From a phage: a stretch of 64,000 bases of DNA. The DNA lies in the sequence record PZ386967.1; one strand, given 5' to 3'. The position numbers were made by a program, and so were the translations under genes. The notes under the pieces were generated by a model that did no database searches, was not told the origin of the DNA, and saw nothing but the letters and a program-made list of their open reading frames with translations. Positions 28,781 to 37,235 of this stretch are shown piece by piece (positions within the stretch are counted from its first letter, which is position 1; each line of letters opens with the position of its first letter).

Positions 28781-29653
28781 ATGACAACTCGCACTGGCAT
28801 CAAACTCACTCCTGAAGTCCTGAAGTCACATATCGCTGAGGTGATTTACGAAGACCGCGAAGTCGGCGGTCACCGGGCTATCACTTGTCATTTCAAGATG
28901 GATAACGGCTTCGTCGTTCACGGCACCAAGCCCAGCACATCCATAGACCCGGCCAACTTCGATGAAGCCCTGGGCAAAGAGATTTCCTACAATAACACCT
29001 TCGACCAGCTGTGGCAGCTGGAGGCGTACCGGGCGCTTGTTGAACAAGATCTGTTGGCCAAAGCCACGGAAACGGCAGAGATCCGGATCGATCAATACGC
29101 TGTTGAACGTAGCGCCCTCTGTCCGGCCTATCACCTCGGCTTCAATGTGATGATTCAGGAAGTGATGTTCAGAGCGGAAAATGGCGAGCGCTTCTTGGCG
29201 TCTTTCATTTGTGGGCCGGATGACATGGAACTTGTTGTTGAATCTCACAACGCCAAATCTCGTAAGGCTGTTAGTGATTTCCTGCGCGCCAACTCCAAAC
29301 TCGATCTCACTTATTCGCCATTGGTTCTGCGCATCGCCAAGATTTGTCATGAAGCCAACCGCGCATACTGCAAGTCTATTGGTGACGACTCTCAACTGCC
29401 TTGGGAACAATCTCCGGCCTGGCAGCGTGAGAGCGCTTGCAAAGGTGTTATCTTCCATCTCACTGGTGATCGTAAGCCCAGCGAATCGCATGAGAGATGG
29501 ATGGCGGAGAAGGAGTCTGAGGGATGGGTATATGGCCCAGTCAAAGACCCTCAGACCAAGCAACACCCTTGCATAGTTCCGTATGGAGAACTCCCGGTAC
29601 AACAACGCTCCAAAGATTATATTTTCAAATCCATTGTAGACTCCTTTAAATAA
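28781..29653 (+). CDS. Hypothetical protein with Gp49-like N-terminal domain and C-terminal RyR-like domain
   Basis: N-terminal AITCHFKMDNGFVVHGTKPSTSIDPANFDEALGKEISYNNTFDQLWQLEAYRA and C-terminal ICHEANRAYC...PWEQSPAWQRESACKGV pattern recalled as phage Gp49-like and RyR domains; from memory only. Confidence 0.4.
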   Translation: MTTRTGIKLTPEVLKSHIAEVIYEDREVGGHRAITCHFKMDNGFVVHGTKPSTSIDPANFDEALGKEISYNNTFDQLWQLEAYRALVEQDLLAKATETAEIRIDQYAVERSALCPAYHLGFNVMIQEVMFRAENGERFLASFICGPDDMELVVESHNAKSRKAVSDFLRANSKLDLTYSPLVLRIAKICHEANRAYCKSIGDDSQLPWEQSPAWQRESACKGVIFHLTGDRKPSESHERWMAEKESEGWVYGPVKDPQTKQHPCIVPYGELPVQQRSKDYIFKSIVDSFK

Positions 29654-29687
29654 GCTCTGAATAATATTTCAACCTGTCAATAATATA

Positions 29688-29720
29688 ATGCCCGGTTATA
29701 TTCAATCGGGCATTTTTATT
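29688..29720 (+). terminator. Terminator hairpin within promoter-like region
   Basis: AATGCCCG-(12 nt)-CGGGCATT followed by TTTTATT; flanked by TGTCAATAATATAATG and TGTCGTAATATAATAG boxes. Confidence 0.5.
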
Positions 29721-29804
29721 ATATTAATTGGCATCAATACCGCCTGTCGTAATATAATAGTCCCATGTTAAAATAGTTAGGAAATATAACTCACGAGAGC
29801 CTGA

Positions 29805-29981
29805 TGACCGACAACAAATTAAAACGTGTCGGACTTGATTGTCTTGACAATTCATTCCGCCCCAGTGATGTTCTGGTCGCCCAAATGGAAAACAACCGGG
29901 ATTTCATTGAAACTATGCTGGAGAACGCCGACGCGAACTCCAAACACTCCAAAGCCCAAAAAGGTCAAAACGATGATTGAA
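29805..29981 (+). CDS. Small protein (58 aa), coupled to the downstream vWA gene
   Basis: ATG 29805 to TGA 29979-29981, overlapping the vWA ATG (ATGATTGA); replaces the Pro/Thr-rich N-terminal extension in track ORF 29826. Confidence 0.35.
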
Positions 29982-32174
29982 TCATTAACATTTAAGAATG
30001 CGGTTGCGACCGTTGCGCCGTCTAACCATGTAATCGTTGTGGATATCTCCGGTTCCATGTATCGTTCACTTCCAGAAGTCCGTAAGCATCTGAAGGAGAA
30101 CCTGCCTTCCCTGGTGAAACCCGAAGATACTGTGAGCATCCTTTACTTTTCATCTCGCGGTGATTTCGGAACGGTATTTGCCGGACGCCAGATCGGTGTC
30201 GCATCTGACCTGAGCGAGCTGAATAAGCTGATCGATCGCTTCCTGCAACCGTCCGGATGTACTGGCTTTGTTGAGCCGTTGAAACTGGCGATGGACACTG
30301 CTCGTAGCCTGAAGAAGCCTGGCTATGTCAACAACCTGGCGTTCATGACTGACGGGTATGACAACTGCTGGCGTACCAACGAAATCTTACTGGTTGCTGA
30401 GACCCTGCCATTTGCTTTCGATAACATTACTTTCATCGAATACGGCTGGCACTGTAACCGCGAACTGCTGGCGCAGATGGCCGAACGCTCCGGTGCGACC
30501 CACGTGTTTGCCGAAGGTCAGACCGAATACCAGACCGAACTAGAAAACGTGCTGAAGTCATCAGTGCCGAAGGTGAAAGTTGATGTCCCAGTCATCTACA
30601 CCCATGCCATCTACGTCGAAAACGGTGTGGCAACAGTACTGGCGGTGCAGGACGATGACTCTCACCCGGTCGGCTATGTGAGCATCCCTGAGAGCGTCAC
30701 CAAGCTGTGGGTTGTAAACCCTAACATGATCGACCAGCTTGATGCGCTGGCGGACATCCAGGCGGCATACGTGCTGGCGTTCTACGGCGTACACATCATG
30801 GACGCAGACCTGGTATGGGCTGCGCTGAAGAAGACGGGCGACGTTCGCTTCATCAAACAGTACAGCAACTGCTTTACCAAGCAGGACTACTCCAACATCA
30901 AGAACGATCTGGTACAGGCGATTGTTGACGACCAGCTGCGCGGCGTTGACGGTATTGACTATGACCTGGTTCCGGCTGAAGATGCGACGACCGTCGTTGA
31001 CGTGCTGACGTATCTGGCTGAAGCTGGCGTGTCTGTTGCCACCAAACATCCTATGTTCTCCTACAAGAGCATTGGTCGCGGTACTGTGCAGAAAGCGGAC
31101 GATACCGAAGACAAACTGGCAGAACAGATCGCGAATGCTCAGTCCAAAGAAGAGCGTAAAGCCCTGGCTCTCAAGCTGGCTGAGCACGAAGAATGGACGC
31201 CGTCGTTTGAACCTGCCAACGATCTGGGCGTTATCTCAATCAGCGATCTGGTCTACAACTCTGAGCGCCCGAACATCAGTGTGCGCACTATTCAGCATGG
31301 TACTGTGACTGTCCCTGAGTTCGCACAGAAGAAGTTTGGTCTGCCTGAAGAACTGGATACTTTCCAGTGGCGCAACTACACCATCGTCAAAGATGGTATC
31401 ATCAACGTGAAGACCCTGCCGTTCAAGGCTGATATCGAAGTTGTACAGAAGCTGATCGAAATGGGCGTCCACGTGTTTGGTGGACCGGAAGTGTTTGTCC
31501 TGAACCTGGAAAGCGTACCGCTGGTCAACCGCGCCATGGTCAAGAACATCAGTGCTGCTCAGTTCTTTGCGGATAATGTCCGTTTGGAAGCCCTGAAAGG
31601 CAAGCAGAAGGTGCTGAAGTTCTATCGAGACGCCCTGGTTGGTAAAGGTAACGCCAAAGGCCTGGCAGTACAGTACGGCGCTGAGGCGGCCGAGTTCCTG
31701 TCCTCCTACGGCATCCGCGATTACGGCTTCTCACCGAAGACTGAGACCAAAGAGTCTACCGACTTCTACATGAGCCGGGAGCTGAACGTGAAGATCGCTG
31801 GCGCTTCATCTCTACCGTCTATCGCAGCGGTACAGAAGAAGATTGCCGAGAACAAGAAACTCAATGCTGGTGACTTGTTCATCGCCAATGCTCTGAAAGA
31901 GTACGAAGCATTCGTGAAGTCTCCTATGATCACTGCCGTGCCTGAAGCCTTACAGAAACAGCTGATCGAAAACTGGATCGACGCTGCTGCCAAGGCGGCC
32001 ATCACCGAAGTCCGTGCCCTGAACAAGACACTGTCTAAAGTGGTGTATGGTATCGTTGCTGGCCACGGCTGGTTCACCGACCTCGACCTGGAAGAGTCCA
32101 CCATGGAAGTTGAAGTGGATGGCGTGAAGTACAAGGTCACTGCCGAACTGACAGAGAAAGAAATCAAAATCTAA
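29973..32174 (+). CDS. von Willebrand factor A (vWA) domain protein, 733 aa
   Basis: MIDAS motif DISGSM near N-terminus followed by a vWA-like region (LAFMTDG); long C-terminal extension of unknown function. Confidence 0.6.
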   Translation: MIESLTFKNAVATVAPSNHVIVVDISGSMYRSLPEVRKHLKENLPSLVKPEDTVSILYFSSRGDFGTVFAGRQIGVASDLSELNKLIDRFLQPSGCTGFVEPLKLAMDTARSLKKPGYVNNLAFMTDGYDNCWRTNEILLVAETLPFAFDNITFIEYGWHCNRELLAQMAERSGATHVFAEGQTEYQTELENVLKSSVPKVKVDVPVIYTHAIYVENGVATVLAVQDDDSHPVGYVSIPESVTKLWVVNPNMIDQLDALADIQAAYVLAFYGVHIMDADLVWAALKKTGDVRFIKQYSNCFTKQDYSNIKNDLVQAIVDDQLRGVDGIDYDLVPAEDATTVVDVLTYLAEAGVSVATKHPMFSYKSIGRGTVQKADDTEDKLAEQIANAQSKEERKALALKLAEHEEWTPSFEPANDLGVISISDLVYNSERPNISVRTIQHGTVTVPEFAQKKFGLPEELDTFQWRNYTIVKDGIINVKTLPFKADIEVVQKLIEMGVHVFGGPEVFVLNLESVPLVNRAMVKNISAAQFFADNVRLEALKGKQKVLKFYRDALVGKGNAKGLAVQYGAEAAEFLSSYGIRDYGFSPKTETKESTDFYMSRELNVKIAGASSLPSIAAVQKKIAENKKLNAGDLFIANALKEYEAFVKSPMITAVPEALQKQLIENWIDAAAKAAITEVRALNKTLSKVVYGIVAGHGWFTDLDLEESTMEVEVDGVKYKVTAELTEKEIKI

Positions 32175-32216
32175 TCCAACGGGCGGGGCAACCCGCCTTT
32201 CTTTGGGAGAAGTAGC

Positions 32217-32540
32217 ATGAGCAGTAAACCAACATATGTTGAAGTCATGCGTCATCTGGCTCAGTACGCCACTGACAATCTGAACTTGGATCTGTGGCGT
32301 GACGATGACAAGCGCAAATTGCTGGACGACGTGGCATCTCAGAACGAGGACGCCCTAGACAAGCTGGCTGGCCTCCGCACCAAGAAAGACCTCGGCGGTG
32401 ATGAACTGGACGCTATCGAAATTGTAATGGACCTCGAAGAAGAGTTTCAGGTCGAAATCGACGATGGTTGGCTGGGCAGTAAAGGTGATGACCCGACCAT
32501 GGGTGAACTCGCTGAACTCGTGGTTGCCCTGCGCAAATAA
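32217..32540 (+). CDS. Acyl-carrier-protein-like acidic protein with the phosphopantetheine Ser replaced by Glu
   Basis: DLGGDELDAIEIVMDLEEEFQVEIDD aligns with E. coli ACP [26 protein letters not shown]; the attachment Ser is Glu here. Confidence 0.55.
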   Translation: MSSKPTYVEVMRHLAQYATDNLNLDLWRDDDKRKLLDDVASQNEDALDKLAGLRTKKDLGGDELDAIEIVMDLEEEFQVEIDDGWLGSKGDDPTMGELAELVVALRK

Positions 32541-32544
32541 CAGA

Positions 32545-32609
32545 AGTCCCCAACAAACGTTGGGGATTTTTACTTTTAGGGGTTTACTTCTATAATGTAA
32601 ATGCGTATT
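32545..32609 (+). promoter_or_regulatory. Terminator plus T4-type early promoter cassette (copy A)
   Basis: Hairpin TCCCCAAC-AAAC-GTTGGGGA with T-run, then -35 TTTACT (32581-32586), 17 bp, -10 TATTAT (32604-32609). Confidence 0.55.
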
Positions 32610-32660
32610 ATTGAATTCATAGAGCGGGGCGTTCCTGTTCATTGAAAGAAGGTATACATT

Positions 32661-32885
32661 ATGTCTGCTATATCATGTGTTGTTGATCTCACCCCATTTT
32701 GCCTGAACAATATTGCTAACCCTAAATTGGTCTTGTTTAAGGATCCCTCTAATTTCTGCTGGCTGGCAAGTTGTGATACCAACAACGGGCGTCGTGCTGT
32801 TTGGGAGTTTCCCGCAACTGATGAAGGCAGAATTTCTGCTATAAGAAAATTAGAACTAGAAAATTCAAGCCGAGAAATTAAATAG
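32661..32885 (+). CDS. Hypothetical Cys-containing small protein (74 aa)
   Basis: ORF flanked by near-identical cassette copies; RBS AAGAAGG. Confidence 0.4.
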   Translation: MSAISCVVDLTPFCLNNIANPKLVLFKDPSNFCWLASCDTNNGRRAVWEFPATDEGRISAIRKLELENSSREIK

Positions 32886-32902
32886 GCATAACTTTTATTA
32901 AA

Positions 32903-32968
32903 TCCCCAACAAACGTTGGGGATTTTTAACTTTTAGGGGTTTACTTCCTTTAAGGAATGTCCTATTAT
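32903..32968 (+). promoter_or_regulatory. Terminator plus T4-type early promoter cassette (copy B)
   Basis: Near-identical to copy A (1-bp indel); -35 TTTACT 32940-32945, -10 TATTAT 32963-32968. Confidence 0.55.
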
Positions 32969-33019
32969 TCAATAACTGGCGAACGATGGGTTCACCGGGT
33001 TGAAAGGTAAGATTATATC

Positions 33020-33259
33020 ATGAAGAACAAAATGGTCGAAACTTCAGTAGAGATTGATCGCAATTGGGGATTGCTCCGCGCTAAAGGGTTCCGTCGTGTG
33101 TATGCGACCAAAGAAGTCTACGCACAGCGCCGTGACGTTATCATCAGCAAGAAAGGCAAAGAGTGGGTTGCTGAAGAAGTTGATGTCGAGACAGGCATCG
33201 TAGGAAAGGTAAAGGCCAAGGCCGTGATCCTCTTCGCTCTTCTGAAGCACATCAGTTAA
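33020..33259 (+). CDS. Hypothetical protein (79 aa)
   Basis: ORF after cassette copy B with RBS AAAGG. Confidence 0.4.
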   Translation: MKNKMVETSVEIDRNWGLLRAKGFRRVYATKEVYAQRRDVIISKKGKEWVAEEVDVETGIVGKVKAKAVILFALLKHIS

Positions 33260-33318
33260 TTCTATAACTTTGGGCGGGGTATGATTACCCCGTCTATTTG
33301 AAATGCAGGAACTATACC

Positions 33319-33825
33319 ATGACCGATCAACAAATTCAAGATTTATTTTACCTCGTCCATGATAAGTCCCACATCATGCGCCCCGGTACTGTTTCCCCTG
33401 CCGTCCGTGATCTGGTGCAAGAATTGCGCGAACCACAGACGACCACACTTTATCGCGGGTTGCCTAAAGAGGACGTTGCGCGTTTAGAGATGATGTTTGA
33501 ACGAGGCGACATGTTCCAGACATGGGATTCTTGCCTTAGCTTCAGTGAACTGAAGCATGTGGCCAAAAAATTTTCTAAATCGTACGGAACCCAAGCTGTT
33601 GCCCGCATTTGTTACAAACATCGAAACAGACTCCCGGAGGGGCTTAATGTCTATGGTTCTCTAGAAAAATTTGTGAACAAAGGCGATGAATCAGAAATGG
33701 ATATGCTGGACTTGGCGTCCATGGAGAAAGAATGGATATTCTGCCAGCCTCGCGTCATACCAGTTTCAAGAAAAATGGCAACAGACGGCACGATGGTTTT
33801 TACCGTATCACTTGTTACCCTATAA
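33319..33825 (+). CDS. Hypothetical protein (168 aa)
   Basis: ATG in conserved GGAACTATACCATG context; flanked by identical 31-bp hairpin-leader repeats. Confidence 0.5.
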   Translation: MTDQQIQDLFYLVHDKSHIMRPGTVSPAVRDLVQELREPQTTTLYRGLPKEDVARLEMMFERGDMFQTWDSCLSFSELKHVAKKFSKSYGTQAVARICYKHRNRLPEGLNVYGSLEKFVNKGDESEMDMLDLASMEKEWIFCQPRVIPVSRKMATDGTMVFTVSLVTL

Positions 33826-33877
33826 ACCCACGGCGGGGTATGATTACCCCGTCTATTTGAAACCAAGAGACTATATC

Positions 33878-34255
33878 ATGAAAAAGTTAATCCTCGCTGT
33901 TGCCCTGCTGGGCGCTTCCTTTGCTGCTGTTTCCGCCCCTCCTGTCATCACCGGAGTGTCTACCAACGGTGTTTATGCTTTCAAGGCGTATGGCCAAGAC
34001 CTCGTTCTGTATAAGAACGGGAAGATGATTGAGCGCTGCGTATCAGACGACGTGAATCGTGGGATCGACAATCAGGGTAGCCCATACGTCCTGGACATCT
34101 ATTCCTGCTCCAACGGGACGAAGTCCTTTGGCGTCAAGACCTTTGGCAACGTCGCCGACGGTGGCTGGGGCTTCATGTTCGAAACCCGCAACCACCACCC
34201 GGTCAAGACCATGCAAGAAGAGTTCTTGATCTCTGTCGGGGGTGGAACATTATGA
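33878..34255 (+). CDS. Secreted protein with signal peptide (125 aa)
   Basis: MKKLILAVALLGASFAAVSA|PP signal peptide; conserved start context. Confidence 0.5.
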   Translation: MKKLILAVALLGASFAAVSAPPVITGVSTNGVYAFKAYGQDLVLYKNGKMIERCVSDDVNRGIDNQGSPYVLDIYSCSNGTKSFGVKTFGNVADGGWGFMFETRNHHPVKTMQEEFLISVGGGTL

Positions 34256-34539
34256 CGCCTGAACAACGCCGTTCCGTGAAAGTCATGGTGAAAGGTAAGA
34301 CTCAGCTGAGTTATGTCCAGTCTGCCAATGTTGTCCGCCTGATGGAAGTCAAGAACGACATCGACAACTCCCGATTCCAATCGGCACTCTACGGGCTTCT
34401 CGAGTTCGTTCTTCGCCAGGCTGATCTTGGTCCTGTCTATACTCTTGATGATCTGACCAAGCTGTTGAACACGGGCGGGGAAGGTTTCGACACTGCTCGT
34501 ATCCTGATTGACGGTGGACCTAAAGAAGACGAGGTATAA
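34252..34539 (+). CDS. Hypothetical protein (95 aa)
   Basis: Start overlaps the upstream stop (ATGA). Confidence 0.4.
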   Translation: MTPEQRRSVKVMVKGKTQLSYVQSANVVRLMEVKNDIDNSRFQSALYGLLEFVLRQADLGPVYTLDDLTKLLNTGGEGFDTARILIDGGPKEDEV

Positions 34540-34540
34540 T

Positions 34541-34699
34541 TTGGATAAAGAATTGGTTTGGGAAATTGTGAAGGGTGTCCTAGTAATAATCGCGGTGGTT
34601 TTCATCTTGGGTGGAAACTTCTTCTATTGGTTATTCCGATCCGACCAGAAACGTCGCGAACGCAAGGAGAAAGAGAGAAAGGATCGATGGATGCGCTAA
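34541..34699 (+). CDS. Small membrane protein (~52 aa), single TM helix and basic tail; start uncertain
   Basis: VLVIIAVVFILGGNFFYWLF hydrophobic segment followed by KRRERKEKERK; possible TTG start after GAGG. Confidence 0.25.
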   Translation: MDKELVWEIVKGVLVIIAVVFILGGNFFYWLFRSDQKRRERKEKERKDRWMR

Positions 34700-34731
34700 C
34701 TAAGGGATAACCCTATATCCCGAGGTGTGTC

Positions 34732-35181
34732 ATGTTCCTTACATCCTTTATTGACTGGTTGAACATCATTAACGGCCTGAGGATCCCTGTTGGGAACCTC
34801 GGGCTTTCTCGTTCTTCTATGCCGCAAATCGATGCCGACAAACAAGAAGATTTTCACAAATATCTTGAAGACAACGGCGTGTCCATAGATGCTGTGCAAG
34901 TGCCCATCAAAATGCTTCGTCTCACCCAGAACGAAATCAACAAGATGAAGGTCTGGAAGATCATGAAGCAGATCAGAAATAAGAAACCTATGGGTCGAGT
35001 TTGGGTGTCTTCTGACAATTACGTTGTTGACGGTTCTCACCGATTTGTCGCTGCGTTGAACATGGACGGCAAACAGCGCATGAAGGTCTACAAAGTTGAT
35101 TTGCCAGCGATGGAATTTGTTAAACTCGCTAAACAGTTTCAGGGTGTGCGATACAGAACGGTCAGCGATACCCGTTTCTGA
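34732..35181 (+). CDS. ParB-like nuclease-domain protein
   Basis: YVVDGSHRFVAA resembles the DGxHR motif of ParB/Srx-fold domains. Confidence 0.4.
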   Translation: MFLTSFIDWLNIINGLRIPVGNLGLSRSSMPQIDADKQEDFHKYLEDNGVSIDAVQVPIKMLRLTQNEINKMKVWKIMKQIRNKKPMGRVWVSSDNYVVDGSHRFVAALNMDGKQRMKVYKVDLPAMEFVKLAKQFQGVRYRTVSDTRF

Positions 35182-35260
35182 ATACGATAGTTTATTGAAA
35201 CCCTTTACTCATCATGGTGAGCCGCCTATCATTTCATCCAATGAAATAAGGAGAATCACC

Positions 35261-35947
35261 ATGAAACGTTTAATCCTCGGGGTCGTGCTGTCTGGTCTGG
35301 CATTACCCGCCGCTGCTAAGCTGAACCCCACAGGTGATAAACTGTGGTCCGACCTTTCCTATTGTGCTGGGTTCTCCCAGGCGGTTGCCATCGACAAGTC
35401 TGGTTCCATAGAGAACTTCGCTGAACTCTGGAACACAGGCAACGTCTCCACTGCTGTCGTCAATGCCGGAATTGAGTTCAACCGTTACAAACAGGGAGCC
35501 TATAACCTCAAGGGCTACCTCAATGACGACGAATTTAACCGTGGAGGCATGGAGGCTGGCGATTTGATCATGACTGGGCGTATGGGCACCCAAGGCCGAA
35601 TGACCGTAAGACAGTGCCGTTCGCTCCCTTCTCCGGCATTACAGAAGGGTGTGCAGGTTGGTCGCCGCCACCTGAACCTCATCAACGATGGCAACCAGTG
35701 CGTCAAAGTATTCGAATACAGCGCTACGCAGACCTCTGATCGCGTCCTGAAGAAGGAATGGCGCACCCGCGCTCTTGGTCTCAGAGCCTGGCTGGTTGAG
35801 AACGATTATTACTTTGAAGACAGGGTTCAGAACGGTCTGAAAGACCTGGCCACGAATCTGAGCGTGAACCTTGATGATCCTCGCATGTCGCGCGAACTCC
35901 AGCAGACTCGTGTTGACTGCGACAATATGATGAAGGAGAACGAGTGA
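35261..35947 (+). CDS. Secreted/periplasmic protein (228 aa)
   Basis: MKRLILGVVLSGLALPAAA|K signal peptide; RBS AGGAGA. Confidence 0.5.
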   Translation: MKRLILGVVLSGLALPAAAKLNPTGDKLWSDLSYCAGFSQAVAIDKSGSIENFAELWNTGNVSTAVVNAGIEFNRYKQGAYNLKGYLNDDEFNRGGMEAGDLIMTGRMGTQGRMTVRQCRSLPSPALQKGVQVGRRHLNLINDGNQCVKVFEYSATQTSDRVLKKEWRTRALGLRAWLVENDYYFEDRVQNGLKDLATNLSVNLDDPRMSRELQQTRVDCDNMMKENE

Positions 35948-36273
35948 TGAAATGTAAAATCTTGCTCTTGTTGGTACTGATAGCCGGATGTGTAAACGCC
36001 GCGCCACCGTCCAAACTGAACACATGTGTGGCATGGATGGAGACGTATCAGCAGTTCCACCCAGATGACAAAGACACATCTATCCTCCTGTCTGACTTTG
36101 AGGGAGAGCTGAAGCGCCTTGATCTGTTCAGTGTTGATCAGATAGAGAATGCGCTGGATCTTCCCATGATGCTGACTGCGGCTGATAACAGTCCACAAAC
36201 GAAGAAAGACCTGATGTATTGTCGGGGGATTGCCCAGGACTTTGTCGGATTTCAAAATAAAGTTTCGGGTTAA
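35944..36273 (+). CDS. Lipoprotein (109 aa)
   Basis: Signal peptide with lipobox LIAGC; start overlaps the upstream stop. Confidence 0.5.
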   Translation: MMKCKILLLLVLIAGCVNAAPPSKLNTCVAWMETYQQFHPDDKDTSILLSDFEGELKRLDLFSVDQIENALDLPMMLTAADNSPQTKKDLMYCRGIAQDFVGFQNKVSG

Positions 36274-36309
36274 AATTTAGCCCTACATTGTGAACTGAAG
36301 GAATACACT

Positions 36310-37179
36310 GTGATGCTCCTGACCAAAACAATCGCTGCGGCGATTATCGAAAAGAATAAGGCTTTTGCCCCCAACGTAGCCAAAGTTATGTTGGTACACG
36401 AAGACGCTCGCGTGATCTTCGCCGAGAAGTTCGAGATGGGCGCGAAGTTCTGGTATGCCGACAACTTACGTGAGAGCAAACTTCAGGGTATCATCCACAA
36501 ACTGACTCTGGTCGCCAAGCGTAATGACCAGGGTGACTGGGTCGGCGTTTCTGACTTCAGTACGAAGATCACCCCAAAGGCTCCGCTTTCTCGTCAAGAG
36601 CGCATTCTGGAAGCCCAGGAAAAGCTGCGTGCGGCTCGGAGTACCACAAAGGCGAAGCCAGATGCAAGCCCTGTCATCAAGCCAGCGGTTGTTCCTAAGT
36701 CCAAATACCTCCCGCCCGTGAGTCAAAAGTCTGTGGAGCAATTGGTTGAGAAGCGCAAGGGTGACGTTGTGATGAAGTCTGACTCTTCAGTGGAGTCGTT
36801 CAAGCCGGATCCAGCAGAAGTACAGGCGCTGGCAGAAAAGGTAAAGAATTCACAATTCATTTCCCTGCGCGAACTTGAACCGCCTACTCGCCGTCGTATC
36901 GCCAACGAGCTGTTTGTGTCGTTCAGGTCGGATGGCAAGATCGTCCTGTGCAAAGCCCTGCGCGATGCAATCCCTTGGACAACTCTGAACATGATGGTCA
37001 CTCGCGACTTCAAGCGTTTTGGTATCATGCAAGGCAAGGACTACAACGTCAACCAGAGCGGGACTTATGTTAATCGCGCCATGTGTGACAAACTGACCTT
37101 CCCAGAAGACACCGGAACGATCCGTGTCGTTCTGAATTGGGATGACAAGCTGAACATGTATGTTGGCGATTTCCAATAA
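36310..37179 (+). CDS. Hypothetical protein (289 aa)
   Basis: Long ORF with RBS GAAGGAA; GTG 36310 or ATG 36313 start. Confidence 0.45.
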   Translation: MMLLTKTIAAAIIEKNKAFAPNVAKVMLVHEDARVIFAEKFEMGAKFWYADNLRESKLQGIIHKLTLVAKRNDQGDWVGVSDFSTKITPKAPLSRQERILEAQEKLRAARSTTKAKPDASPVIKPAVVPKSKYLPPVSQKSVEQLVEKRKGDVVMKSDSSVESFKPDPAEVQALAEKVKNSQFISLRELEPPTRRRIANELFVSFRSDGKIVLCKALRDAIPWTTLNMMVTRDFKRFGIMQGKDYNVNQSGTYVNRAMCDKLTFPEDTGTIRVVLNWDDKLNMYVGDFQ

Positions 37180-37235
37180 TCAATAACCTCGGGCGGCTTA
37201 TCATAAAGCTGCCCTTTCATTTGAGAGACTATATC

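Noticed and set aside
28826-29605. 259-aa minus-strand ORF
   Set aside because: Antisense to the + strand gene 28781..29653, which has a good RBS and recognisable domain patterns.
29826-29972. N-terminal 49 codons of the track ORF 29826..32174
   Set aside because: Pro/Thr-rich, non-protein-like, and overlapped in another frame by a plausible 58-aa ORF; the vWA gene most likely starts at ATG 29973.
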